From Candidatus Woesearchaeota archaeon B3_Woes (lineage in GTDB: Archaea; Nanobdellota; Nanobdellia; Woesearchaeales; B3-WOES): 64,000 nt of DNA. Positions 1 to 9,642 of this stretch are shown here, piece after piece. The stretch is taken from contig NJBG01000001.1 in the NCBI GenBank assembly GCA_005222965.1, positions 1 to 64,000 on the forward strand, read 5' to 3'. Below the pieces are notes generated by a model. The model ran no database searches. It was not told the origin of the DNA and saw only the letters and a list, made by a program, of their open reading frames with translations. The number at the start of each line of letters is the position of its first letter. Position 1 is the stretch's first letter. The translations under genes were made by a program, and so were the position numbers.

Positions 1-1
1 T

Positions 2-217
2 CAGGACTCTGGGTGTTCTGGATTGATAGGTGTTTGTTCAACTACTGCACAGAGAGGCGCTTTAGATTGGTTACCCCAATTTGAGAGAGTAATTAGTGCA
101 GCATGGCCTGAGAAAGTTGTTGGTTCAAACGTTCTACAAGGATATTCACCCACAAATGTTTGGCCTGTCGGAGAAATTGTTAGAGAACTAAGACCTGAGA
201 ATCAGGCAAAACGATAA
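2..217 (+). CDS. ilvC: Ketol-acid reductoisomerase, C-terminal part (gene runs off the left edge)
   Basis: Frame is open from base 2. CSTTAQRGALDW and the terminal VWPVGEIVRELRPENQ match fungal Ilv5 and Bacteroidota-type KARI C-termini. Confidence 0.7.
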   Translation, partial: QDSGCSGLIGVCSTTAQRGALDWLPQFERVISAAWPEKVVGSNVLQGYSPTNVWPVGEIVRELRPENQAKR

Positions 218-218
218 T

Positions 219-680
219 ATGACATTAAACTGGAAAGATAATTCTAAACTCGCCGAGGCATTATTATCTTCGATTAAGAAATACTCTTTAGGTTTTACTC
301 CAGGAGAAATTCCTAGCAATCCAATTTCTCCTCATGAATCTGTTAATCTTTTGTATTATGGTAATCCTGCGATATTATGTGAAGATTCTGAAGGAAGATT
401 AATGTTCTACTCTCAACATGGAAAATCTGTTTTTGGATATTCTGCTGATGAGGCAATTGGAATGTCTTCTGTTGATCTAGCTCCAGAACGATTTAGAGAA
501 GGTAGAGAACAATTATTTAATGAAATCATAGAAAGAGATAAGCCAGAAACTATTGGAACTGTTCGAATACATAAATCTGGAAAAGAGATAAATATTTCTG
601 CACAAGTCTTTCCTTATGAAATAAATGGAGAGAAGAGTATTGGTGCGATTGTTAAAAAATTAACTGATAAAACCCTTTAA
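219..680 (+). CDS. Stand-alone PAS-fold (MEKHLA-like) domain protein
   Basis: VFGYSADEAIGMSSVDLAP...RIHKSGKEINI is a PAS/PAC signature. Confidence 0.7.
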   Translation: MTLNWKDNSKLAEALLSSIKKYSLGFTPGEIPSNPISPHESVNLLYYGNPAILCEDSEGRLMFYSQHGKSVFGYSADEAIGMSSVDLAPERFREGREQLFNEIIERDKPETIGTVRIHKSGKEINISAQVFPYEINGEKSIGAIVKKLTDKTL

Positions 681-791
681 TCTAATTGGATAGATTTTAC
701 CTATGTATGGTTTCCTTTATTTTTTTAAATTCTATAATTAAAAAATTATTGAAAAACCTATTATGTTAGTTAGAACTCTAAAATATTATTC

Positions 792-1634
792 TTACTTTTC
801 CATTAGTTTTAGAAGGTCTGATCTTAGATATCTAAGTAATTTTGATTCTGGAAATTTTCTATATAGTTTAGAGAGCAAATCTGATGGACGTACTCCTATT
901 AAAATATTTCCTCCAAGCCAAATAAGACCATTACCCTCTACCCCCCTTGATGAAAAACAACCATTAAATGAACCTAACTCCAGATTGAGCATTAGAGGAG
1001 GTGCTTCTGGATATCCTTCAGTTAAGGGATAAAAAACCATGTTTTTTTCATTATCTTTAAATTCTCTAAATATACAATCTACATATTCCTCTAATAATGC
1101 TCTGTCATCTTGTGCCATTTTAAGCCAAAGTGGATGATTTCTAGCTTCATTTTCACTTAATTCCCTATTGAGCAATAATTCTCCATATTTAAATGATTCA
1201 TATTTTTGAGATAGTTCATTATATTGATCTAGATTTAATTCCAAAGCCCCTGTGGGTCTTTTTTTTGAGAATGTTACAAAACGACAACCACAACTACCAG
1301 TTTCATGAATATTAAGTAATATTTCTGCATTAGGAACTACCATTAAATGTTCTCCATAGCTAACCAACCCATCTGATGTATTAAAGTTTGACTCAGTATC
1401 AGATCTATGCTCATATGGTGCATCAACTTTCTCTAACCAGAACTCTCTTTCATTTTTATCTTGGCTTTGAAGAGCTTTTACTCTATATGACATAATCTCT
1501 TTGCTAGTTAAAGGTCTAAATCCCTCTTGACGTAATAAAGGCATCATGTTGCAATATGCTCCATGAAATAATTCATATTCCTTATCTTGAATTAATCTAG
1601 TTTCACTTGCCATATAATTCCATTCTTTCACCAC
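792..1634 (-). CDS. Hypothetical protein (start may be the ATG at 1613)
   Basis: 280-aa ORF with no recognised motif. Confidence 0.6.
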   Translation of the reverse strand: MVKEWNYMASETRLIQDKEYELFHGAYCNMMPLLRQEGFRPLTSKEIMSYRVKALQSQDKNEREFWLEKVDAPYEHRSDTESNFNTSDGLVSYGEHLMVVPNAEILLNIHETGSCGCRFVTFSKKRPTGALELNLDQYNELSQKYESFKYGELLLNRELSENEARNHPLWLKMAQDDRALLEEYVDCIFREFKDNEKNMVFYPLTEGYPEAPPLMLNLELGSFNGCFSSRGVEGNGLIWLGGNILIGVRPSDLLSKLYRKFPESKLLRYLRSDLLKLMEK

Positions 1635-1698
1635 TATTTAATTATTATTCCCCCCCAGTTAGGGAAAAATATATAAACAAGTAAATTATATAGCTTAC

Positions 1699-2436
1699 AT
1701 GATAAAAGAAGCCTTAGAAAAGATTGGATTAACACCCGGAGAAGCAGAAGTATATGAAGCATTGGTTAATCTGGGGTTGTCTTCAACCGGGTCAATTACA
1801 AAGAAAGCAGGTATTGCCAGTTCAAAAGTATATGAGGTTCTTCAAAGATTGCAGAAAAAAGGTCTTGTGAGTTTTATTATAAAGAATGGTGTTAGATATT
1901 ACGATGCAACACCTCCAGAAAGGTTGCTTGACTTTCTTGAAGAGAAAAAGGAAGATGTTGTAAAAGCTCAAAATGAGATAAAAAAGATTATTCCAACAAT
2001 AAAACAAATTGGAAAAAAAGCAGAAGAACACAATGAAACAGTAGTATACACAGGAATTGAAGGTCCAAAGATAGTCTTAAACGAGATTTTAGAAGCTGGA
2101 AAAAAAGGCGTATCAAATTATGGATTTGGAACTGATATTGATCCTTATGTAAAACAAATACCTCATATTTTAAACAAATACATAAAAGAAGCTAAAAAAT
2201 ATAAGTTTAAGACAAAACTAATTTTTGCTAAAGGGTTTAAATCTCCAAACATAACAGCAGATATTAGATTTCTTTCAACAGAATATTTACCACCCGTAAG
2301 AACAATGATTTATGGTAATAAGGTTGCAATTGTTGATTTTACAAAACCTATTACAACAATTATTATTCATAAAAAAGAAATTGCAGAATCCTATAAGAAA
2401 CATTTCGAACAATTATGGAAAATCGCTAAAAAATAA
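1699..2436 (+). CDS. TrmB-family transcriptional regulator
   Basis: N-terminal LEKIGLTPGEAEVY...SKVYEVLQRLQKKGLV wHTH and a PLD-like effector C-terminus (FEQLWK). Confidence 0.85.
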   Translation: MIKEALEKIGLTPGEAEVYEALVNLGLSSTGSITKKAGIASSKVYEVLQRLQKKGLVSFIIKNGVRYYDATPPERLLDFLEEKKEDVVKAQNEIKKIIPTIKQIGKKAEEHNETVVYTGIEGPKIVLNEILEAGKKGVSNYGFGTDIDPYVKQIPHILNKYIKEAKKYKFKTKLIFAKGFKSPNITADIRFLSTEYLPPVRTMIYGNKVAIVDFTKPITTIIIHKKEIAESYKKHFEQLWKIAKK

Positions 2437-2441
2437 TATAC

Positions 2442-3401
2442 TTAAACCCACTTTTTTCTCTTAAAATAATAAATCATAACAGCAGCTACTGAAAGCATTA
2501 TCCCCATTATAAGATAAAAGCTTTCTTTACTCTGGCCGCCAGGAAGAATTGGCAGATTCATACCATATATTCCTGTTATTAATGTCAATGGCATCATTAT
2601 TGTAGCTATAATTGTTAGAACTTTGATAGCTTCATTCATATTTGAAGACAATAAAGTATTGTGTTCAGAAATAGTTGCAGCTATCTGCTCTTTAGTTGTT
2701 TGTAAAGAATCATTAATAATTAACAAATTATCCAGAACATCTTTGAAATATATTACTACTTCTTCTCTGATATCACGATTAGAAGGTTTGGTCACTCTTG
2801 ACATCATTCTTCCAGAAGAAACAATCAATGATTTTAATTCACTATTAATAACTTTTTTATCAAATAAATCATCTAATTTCTTTTTATCACGACTTTTTAG
2901 AATATCTTTGTCTAATTTTTCTATTGCTTTCTCATGATTTTCTACAATTGGATAATATAAATCAATTTCCTTATCAATAAAATAATGTAATAAGTAATCT
3001 GTTCCTCTTGATAATAAAAACTTTTTTCTTCTATCTCTTTTCTTCAAATCATTAATAATTTTATTATCTTTATGTAATGTTATTAAAAATCTTTTACCAA
3101 CAATAAAATAGACTGTGTAGAGTTCTAAATCATCTTTAGAAATCTTTTTTATACCTGTATAAACAATAAAAGAATAATCATCAAATTCTTCATACTTTAT
3201 TCTTGTAGTCTCTTCTTCATCTTTCAAATCTTCTATTGTAATTGGATGAAGCTCTACAAATTCACTTATTTTCTTTATATCTTCTTCAGAAGGATTATTA
3301 AAATCTAACCAAAATTTTATTTTTTTAACATTAAAACCCTTGAAATTTTTTAGATCTATCTTTCCAAGTTCTTTATCCTTATATGTATATCCTTCAAACA
3401 T
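2442..3401 (-). CDS. corA: CorA-family Mg2+/Co2+ transporter
   Basis: LHPITIED, and PLTLITGIYGMN (GMN motif) with two C-terminal TM helices. Confidence 0.92.
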   Translation of the reverse strand: MFEGYTYKDKELGKIDLKNFKGFNVKKIKFWLDFNNPSEEDIKKISEFVELHPITIEDLKDEEETTRIKYEEFDDYSFIVYTGIKKISKDDLELYTVYFIVGKRFLITLHKDNKIINDLKKRDRRKKFLLSRGTDYLLHYFIDKEIDLYYPIVENHEKAIEKLDKDILKSRDKKKLDDLFDKKVINSELKSLIVSSGRMMSRVTKPSNRDIREEVVIYFKDVLDNLLIINDSLQTTKEQIAATISEHNTLLSSNMNEAIKVLTIIATIMMPLTLITGIYGMNLPILPGGQSKESFYLIMGIMLSVAAVMIYYFKRKKWV

Positions 3402-3453
3402 GACTTAGCAGAATTTTCAAAGTTTTATAAAGCTTTTGATTAAGAAAAGAAAT

Positions 3454-3702
3454 TTAGATAAGGTTTTCCAGATCTTGTTCTAGGCTTTCTAATTCAGATA
3501 AATCTTGATCTATACTTTCTACTTCAGCAATATCTGATCCAAGGTCTTGTGCATCTATGTCTTCATCACTTGTTAGACCAATATCTTCACCAGAAATAGT
3601 ATCAACAGGTTGTTGATTTGAATCATCAAAAGTTGGCTGAGTACACCCAATTAAACCAAGAACAAAAACCATCATAAGAACTATTTTTTTCAATATTATC
3701 AC
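3454..3702 (-). CDS. Small acidic lipoprotein-like protein
   Basis: Signal peptide with lipobox-like LIGC and an acidic mature part. Confidence 0.6.
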   Translation of the reverse strand: MIILKKIVLMMVFVLGLIGCTQPTFDDSNQQPVDTISGEDIGLTSDEDIDAQDLGSDIAEVESIDQDLSELESLEQDLENLI

Positions 3703-3740
3703 CTATGCATTTATCATTAAAGTACTATTTAAACTTTACG

Positions 3741-3779
3741 AAAAATAAAAGAAAAAAATGGAAATAAAAATATTTCCAT
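3741..3779 (-). terminator. Hairpin plus U-tract terminator candidate
   Basis: 9-bp stem ATGGAAATA-AAAA-TATTTCCAT (3758-3779), followed on the minus strand by a T-rich run, just after the 3792-4331 gene. Confidence 0.5.
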
Positions 3780-3791
3780 AACTCACAAAAT

Positions 3792-4331
3792 TTATTCTGA
3801 ATTTTCAACATCCCTGTACATAAACTTATACCAAGGATGCTTCTCGCTTATATTCCCTTGATTGTCTATATCAAATCTTTTTGTAGCTTTGCCTTTTATA
3901 AAACCAAGGAATCTTACTTCTTCTTTTGCTTTTATCTTTGTCTCTCCTGTTTCTTCATCAACTTCTTCTATTTCCAGGTTTTCTAACTTATGCATTCTTT
4001 CCTGATATTTTTCCTGGAATCTTTCTATGTTTTGTTGTAGTCTTTGCCTTGCATTTTCATTTTCAACCTTTCCTAATGCATTATTCAATCCTTGTTGTAG
4101 CTCATTTCTATTCTGTTCTCTTGCTTGTTCACGAGCCTGTTGTCTGGCTAGAACTGCTTCAGGAGTTGCATCATCCTCTCCTTGATCTTGCCGGCCATTT
4201 CCTTGTTCTGCTCCTATTGCCTCTGGTTTTCCCATGTATAGTTCTGGTTTAGGTGTATCTTTTGGTCCAGCTGCCATAGCAATTGAACTAAACAACAGCA
4301 AAAAAACCAAAAAACTCAAAATTCTTTTCAT
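3792..4331 (-). CDS. Secreted hypothetical protein
   Basis: Signal peptide, Q/E/R-rich helix, C-terminal FLGFI...HPWY segment. Confidence 0.7.
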   Translation of the reverse strand: MKRILSFLVFLLLFSSIAMAAGPKDTPKPELYMGKPEAIGAEQGNGRQDQGEDDATPEAVLARQQAREQAREQNRNELQQGLNNALGKVENENARQRLQQNIERFQEKYQERMHKLENLEIEEVDEETGETKIKAKEEVRFLGFIKGKATKRFDIDNQGNISEKHPWYKFMYRDVENSE

Positions 4332-4362
4332 TTTTATTACCTCTCTATATTTTTATTTAAGT

Positions 4363-5562
4363 TTATTCCTCATCCTCGTCTTCTTCATTCTCTTCGTCAT
4401 CATCTTCCTCATCACTTTCGTCATCATCTGCTTCCTCCTCATCAATTACTCCTTCATTTGCTGAAAGTTTTATTTCTCTTAAGATCTCTTTTAAAGTTCT
4501 ATGAGCTTCTTTCAGATTTTGTTGAGCCTCTTTCATAATGCTATTAGCTTCTTTCATAAGGCTTGACACATCACCAGAATCTTTTACTTCGTCATATTTT
4601 CCTCTAGCTTGTTCATAATTTCCTTTTGCTTCATCAATTTTTGCTTTAAACTCATTAACAAGCCCTTCTGTTGAACTGGTGTCATACCCTTTTTCTTCCA
4701 TCTTTGTTAAAATTCTGTCTAATTTTATCTCAAGATGCTCTGATTTTACAATTATTCCATGTATTTTAGCATTAGCTAGTCTTCCAACACTTACTTTAGC
4801 ATGTGTTTGAGCTTTTTTCCATGTATTTTTAATTGTTAAAGCAGCTTCTTTTATTTCTTCATCAGAACTGTTTTCATCCAAATCTTCAATAACTTCTCTT
4901 TCTTCTTCAACTTCAGCTATGCTCTCTTCAATTTTTGCTAATCTTTCCTGCTTAACATCATCATCCAAATTTTCAGCAGCTTCTAATCTTTCTTTTAATT
5001 TTTCTAAATAATTCAAAACCTTATCATCTGAACTTATTAAGAAATCTTTTGAATGTACTTTAATCTCTTTTCTAACTTCTTGGCATTCTTCTGATTCTTC
5101 ATCACACTGTTTTACTCTTTCTCTTACTTTAGTTATGCTTTGCTTTGCACTTAAGTAATTATTTTTAGCTTCTTCAACATCTGCTCTTGCTATTTTATAC
5201 TTTCCTCTTACTTGCTCAAGCCTTTCTTTTGTTTTTTCATTTACTTCTAAACCCTCTCTTGCAGGCATTATTGCTTTTGGTCCATTTCTTTTAATTACAA
5301 CCCCATCACTATCATAACCTACCTCCTCATCTTTAGCAACTGGCCAATCATCTGTTACATTTATTCTAACTACAACCCCATCACTATCATAACCTACCTC
5401 CTCATCTTTAGCAACTGGCCAATCATCTGTTACAGATAATGCTCCTACAACATTTCCAGTTATTTTATTTCCTCTACCTTCATTCTCTTGTTTAGCCATT
5501 GCTAAAGGTGCAACACTTAATACCAGCATTGCCATAATCAAAATTGCCATTATTTTTTTCAT
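4363..5562 (-). CDS. Secreted coiled-coil protein with an internal 25-aa duplication and an acidic tail
   Basis: Signal peptide, long helical E/K-rich body, GGGAGG Shine-Dalgarno upstream. Confidence 0.75.
   Translation of the reverse strand: MKKIMAILIMAMLVLSVAPLAMAKQENEGRGNKITGNVVGALSVTDDWPVAKDEEVGYDSDGVVVRINVTDDWPVAKDEEVGYDSDGVVIKRNGPKAIMPAREGLEVNEKTKERLEQVRGKYKIARADVEEAKNNYLSAKQSITKVRERVKQCDEESEECQEVRKEIKVHSKDFLISSDDKVLNYLEKLKERLEAAENLDDDVKQERLAKIEESIAEVEEEREVIEDLDENSSDEEIKEAALTIKNTWKKAQTHAKVSVGRLANAKIHGIIVKSEHLEIKLDRILTKMEEKGYDTSSTEGLVNEFKAKIDEAKGNYEQARGKYDEVKDSGDVSSLMKEANSIMKEAQQNLKEAHRTLKEILREIKLSANEGVIDEEEADDDESDEEDDDEENEEDEDEE
5296..5434. repeat. Exact 64-nt direct repeat, 75-nt period (5296-5359 and 5371-5434)
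   Basis: Encodes VTDDWPVAKDEEVGYDSDGVV twice. Confidence 0.95.
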
Positions 5563-5670
5563 TTTATTTTCCTCCCTGCTATATTTTTGATAACAATCAT
5601 GTAAATTAGATTATCTGCTTTATTTATAAATAAACTTTTTTTATTGAAAATTTAAGACTTTATTTATTCT

Positions 5671-5721
5671 TTTAAAACTTTACAAAGCCTAATTTAAGCG
5701 TTTAAAACTTTACAAAGCCTA
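5671..5721. promoter_or_regulatory. Tandem 21-nt direct repeat TTTAAAACTTTACAAAGCCTA between divergent genes
   Basis: Exact copies at 5671-5691 and 5701-5721 (30-nt period). Confidence 0.6.
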
Positions 5722-5782
5722 TTTAGTGCTTTTTTTAATTAGAAAAGTTTTTATATTAGTTTTTGTTCAAATTTCCTGTAAA

Positions 5783-6442
5783 ATGATTAAAAAAACACTA
5801 TACTTTTTCATGTTTTTGTTCTTAGTAAATTTTGTAACAGCAACCACTTTACATGGAACAATCTATTCTTTTGATCTGGAAAAAAGAACAGATGCTATTG
5901 TTAGTGTTGATTCTGTTCCACCGCAAACAAAAGTAGCAAAAGACGGAACATATAGCTTTGATCTTCCTTTTGGTGAATATACAATAACTGCTTCTTATAA
6001 TCAGGATAATTCAAAAGAATCTGCTAGTGAAAACATAAGAATAGAAAAAGAAGGAAGTTTTATCTTAGATTTAATCTTATTTCCAAGCTTTGAAGAAGAA
6101 GAATTACTATTTGAAGAAGCAGAACAAGAAGTTGCAGAACACGAATACTTTGAAGAACCAAACTATCTAGCACTTATTATAATAGTTATTTTAGGTTTTG
6201 GAATAATAATATACTTAATTCTAAAATATAAAAAACACACTAAAAAACCAGAAGTTACAGATTTAACAGATGAAGTTATTGATTTTATAAAGAAACAAGG
6301 CGGAAGAACAACTCAAAAAGACATAAGAAAACAATTTCCTTTGTCAGAAGCTAAGATATCCTTAGTTGTTTCTGAATTAGAACATAAAAATCTTGTTAAA
6401 AGAATAAAAAAAGGCAGGGGAAATATTATAGTTTTAAATTAA
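5783..6442 (+). CDS. Membrane-anchored winged-HTH regulator (COG2512-like) with an extracellular beta-sandwich
   Basis: Signal peptide, carboxypeptidase-regulatory-like domain, TM helix, and wHTH GGRTTQKDIRKQFPLSEAKISLVVSELE. Confidence 0.8.
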   Translation: MIKKTLYFFMFLFLVNFVTATTLHGTIYSFDLEKRTDAIVSVDSVPPQTKVAKDGTYSFDLPFGEYTITASYNQDNSKESASENIRIEKEGSFILDLILFPSFEEEELLFEEAEQEVAEHEYFEEPNYLALIIIVILGFGIIIYLILKYKKHTKKPEVTDLTDEVIDFIKKQGGRTTQKDIRKQFPLSEAKISLVVSELEHKNLVKRIKKGRGNIIVLN

Positions 6443-9400
6443 CTAAAAAACATCTCAAACTTATAATCCTTAACTTTTTCTTTGGAACTAAATTTATGTT
6501 TTTTGCTTGGATCTAATTCAGAAATTTTTAATGTATCAGCTCCAACTTTTTCTTTTATCTGTTTTTCAAATACGCTTAATATATCTTTAAGCTCTTCATC
6601 AGCTTTTATGAATAAACTTATCTTGTCTGTCTTGTTTAGATTAGCTTTCTTTCTTTGAATCTGAACTCTTCTCATTACCTCTCTTAGATATCCTTCTGCT
6701 TCTAACTCATCTGTTCTCTCTTTATTTAGATAAATAAAAATTCCTTTAGATTCATTTTCAATATAAGGTGATGGTACATCTCTTTTGATTACCAGATGTT
6801 CTTTAACAATTCCAACCTCTTTTCCATCTATCTTTAATTTATATGATTTTTCCTTTTCAATATGATTTAGAATTGTTTCAGGGCTTTCCAAAGCTAATTT
6901 TGCTATTATTTTAGGTGCCAATGAACCAAAGTCAGGTCCTAACTGCGCAAAATCAGCTGTAACAGATTGTTTAATTCCAGGCAGGCTTGGTTGTACATTT
7001 AAATCTTTGATATTTGTCTGTTTTTTAATTAATTCTTCAACATTTTTTACTGATTCTACAACCTTGTCATCTTTTGTAACTATCACTACTTCCTTAACAG
7101 GCCATCTAAGTCCCAAACTAGCTTTTTCTCTTGCATATAAAATACCCTGAGTTAAATTGCTAAACATATCCATATTTTGTTCTAATTTTGAGTCTATTAA
7201 TTTTTCATCTGTTTTAGGCCATTCTGTTAAATGAATACTTTCTTCTTTTAATTTGAAAGCCTCTTTTAGATTTTGATAGATTTTTTCAGTTATGAAAGGG
7301 CTAATAACAGCAAACATTTTCAAAATATTCAATAAAACATTATAAATTGCATAAATTACTTCTTCTTTTTCTTGCTTGTTTCCAACACTTGACTTTTCTC
7401 TTGTTAATTGCATATAAGTTCTTGATAATGTTAAGAATAAATCTTCAATTCTTCCAATTGTTTCATCTAGTTTGTATTCATCAAATAATCTAGTTACATC
7501 CCTTATTGTTGAATTTAATTTAGATAAAATATATTTTTCTTCTTGTTTTGGTTTTATCTTTAATTTAGTTGGATTTACATTATTCTCTTTGCACATATTT
7601 ATCAAGAAATTCTGAATATTCCACAAAACTAACAAATTTCTCTGTTTTTGCTTTACCTCTTCCCAACCAAAATTCATATTTTCACCTGCTTTTGATTGAC
7701 ACATATAATATCTTAATATATCAGAACCATACTTGTCAATAACTTCATAAGGTGAAATAATATTTCCTAAAGATTTAGACATCTTTGTTCCCTGATAATC
7801 TAAAATCATTCCATGAACATAGACATTTTTATAACAATTATTCTTAAAAGCAATTGTTGAACATATACTTAACATACTAAACCATAATCTAACCTGTTCA
7901 GTTGCTTCTAAAATTAAGTCAGCTGGGTAAAATTGTTTCATTAAACCATCTTTTACAGGATATTCTAAACAATTCCATGAAGCTGTTCCAGAATCAATCC
8001 AGACATCTAAAACATCTGGTATTCTTTTCATTGTATTTCCACATTTACAAGGAAAAGTTACTTCATCAATCCAGGGTTTGTGTAAATCACTTGGTATTTT
8101 ATTTGCTTTTTTCTTTTCTAAATCTTTTCTAGAGCCAATAACTTCTGTGTTGTTACAACTTTCACATACCCAAATTGGAACTGGTGCTCCCCAAAATCTT
8201 TGTCTTGTAATAGAATTATCTTTTAATGCTTCAACCCATCTGTCAAAAGCTGTTGAAGTGAAATTTGGCTGCCATTTAACATCCTTATTATTCTTAATCA
8301 TCTGTTTAATTAAATCTTCAATTTTCAAAAACCACTGTTCTGTAGCTCTGAAAACAACAGGATTATGACATCTCCAACAATGAGCATATTCGTGTTCTAC
8401 TTGAGTTGTTGTAATTAAACAATTTTTATTTTTAAACTCTTCAACAAATTTGCTGTCATCATCTTTTGCTTTGAAACCAGTGTATTTTCCTAAATCTTCA
8501 AATTCACCCTTTTCATTTAGAGTGTTAAATGGTGGTATGTTGTATTCTTTTCCAACTTCATAATCTTCAGGACCGCATCCAGGTGCAGTATGAACTAAAC
8601 CAGTCCCAGCTGTTGTGTCAACATACTCTTTGCTTAGTAAAACAGTGTGAATATTCTTATGTTTAGCTTTTAGATCTTTATAGTTAATTTCATCTTCTAA
8701 AGGATGGATATATTCTAAACCTTCTAATTTTTTTCCTTTGAATTCTTTTAAAATTTTAAATTTCTTGTTTAAAACATTGTTTATGAAAATTCCTGCTAAT
8801 GCTTTTGCAACATACCAAACTTCTTTTTCTACTTCTACTTTTAAGTAATCTAAATCTGGATTAACCATAACACCTAGATTAAAAGGAATAGTCCATGGTG
8901 TTGTAGTCCATATTATTAGGAATTCATCTTTGTCTTTTAACTTAAATTTTAAGAAAATTGAAGTGTCTTTATCATTTTCATATTCTAATTCGTGTTTAGC
9001 TAAGCTAGTTTCACAGCTGCTGCACCAATGCATAATCTTTTTTCCTTTGTATAATCTCTTTTGTTCATATGCTTTTTTAATTAACCACCATTCGCCTTCA
9101 ATAAACTCATTTTTTATTGGATAGTATGCATTTTCATAATCAAACCAGATTCCTAGTCTTTGCATGTCTTTATCCATAAGTTTTGCATTATTTATTGAGA
9201 ATTCTTTGCATCTCTTAATGAACTTGTCTAAACCGTATTTTTCTATATCTTCCTTATATTTTAGTTTTAATTCCTTTTGAACCTTACTTTCAGTTGGTAA
9301 GCCATGCATATCATAACCAGCTCTATCTAAGACATTAAAACCATTCATTTTTTTATATCTTAGAGCAATGTCTTTTAAAGAATTGTTCCAAGCGTGTGCA

Positions 9401-9552
9401 ATATGCAATCTTCCACTTGTGTATGGTGGGCCTTGTAAGAAATAGAACTTTTTTCCTTTTTGATTCTTTTTTTGTAATTTATCGTAAATCTTATGTTCTT
9501 TCCAATATCTAAGTGTTATTTCTTCTTCTGTTTTGAAGTTGTAATTGGCCAT
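6439..9552 (-). CDS. ileS: Isoleucine--tRNA ligase
   Basis: GPPYTSGRLHIAH (HIGH), WTTTPWT, GTGLVHTAPG, KMSKS. Confidence 0.97.
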   Translation of the reverse strand: MANYNFKTEEEITLRYWKEHKIYDKLQKKNQKGKKFYFLQGPPYTSGRLHIAHAWNNSLKDIALRYKKMNGFNVLDRAGYDMHGLPTESKVQKELKLKYKEDIEKYGLDKFIKRCKEFSINNAKLMDKDMQRLGIWFDYENAYYPIKNEFIEGEWWLIKKAYEQKRLYKGKKIMHWCSSCETSLAKHELEYENDKDTSIFLKFKLKDKDEFLIIWTTTPWTIPFNLGVMVNPDLDYLKVEVEKEVWYVAKALAGIFINNVLNKKFKILKEFKGKKLEGLEYIHPLEDEINYKDLKAKHKNIHTVLLSKEYVDTTAGTGLVHTAPGCGPEDYEVGKEYNIPPFNTLNEKGEFEDLGKYTGFKAKDDDSKFVEEFKNKNCLITTTQVEHEYAHCWRCHNPVVFRATEQWFLKIEDLIKQMIKNNKDVKWQPNFTSTAFDRWVEALKDNSITRQRFWGAPVPIWVCESCNNTEVIGSRKDLEKKKANKIPSDLHKPWIDEVTFPCKCGNTMKRIPDVLDVWIDSGTASWNCLEYPVKDGLMKQFYPADLILEATEQVRLWFSMLSICSTIAFKNNCYKNVYVHGMILDYQGTKMSKSLGNIISPYEVIDKYGSDILRYYMCQSKAGENMNFGWEEVKQKQRNLLVLWNIQNFLINMCKENNVNPTKLKIKPKQEEKYILSKLNSTIRDVTRLFDEYKLDETIGRIEDLFLTLSRTYMQLTREKSSVGNKQEKEEVIYAIYNVLLNILKMFAVISPFITEKIYQNLKEAFKLKEESIHLTEWPKTDEKLIDSKLEQNMDMFSNLTQGILYAREKASLGLRWPVKEVVIVTKDDKVVESVKNVEELIKKQTNIKDLNVQPSLPGIKQSVTADFAQLGPDFGSLAPKIIAKLALESPETILNHIEKEKSYKLKIDGKEVGIVKEHLVIKRDVPSPYIENESKGIFIYLNKERTDELEAEGYLREVMRRVQIQRKKANLNKTDKISLFIKADEELKDILSVFEKQIKEKVGADTLKISELDPSKKHKFSSKEKVKDYKFEMFFS

Positions 9553-9642
9553 AAAAGAGTTATATAGAGATAGTTTAAAAAGATTATGTTAATTATCTGT
9601 TTTTTAGAAATATTTAAATAATTTAGTTAATTTACTATTATT

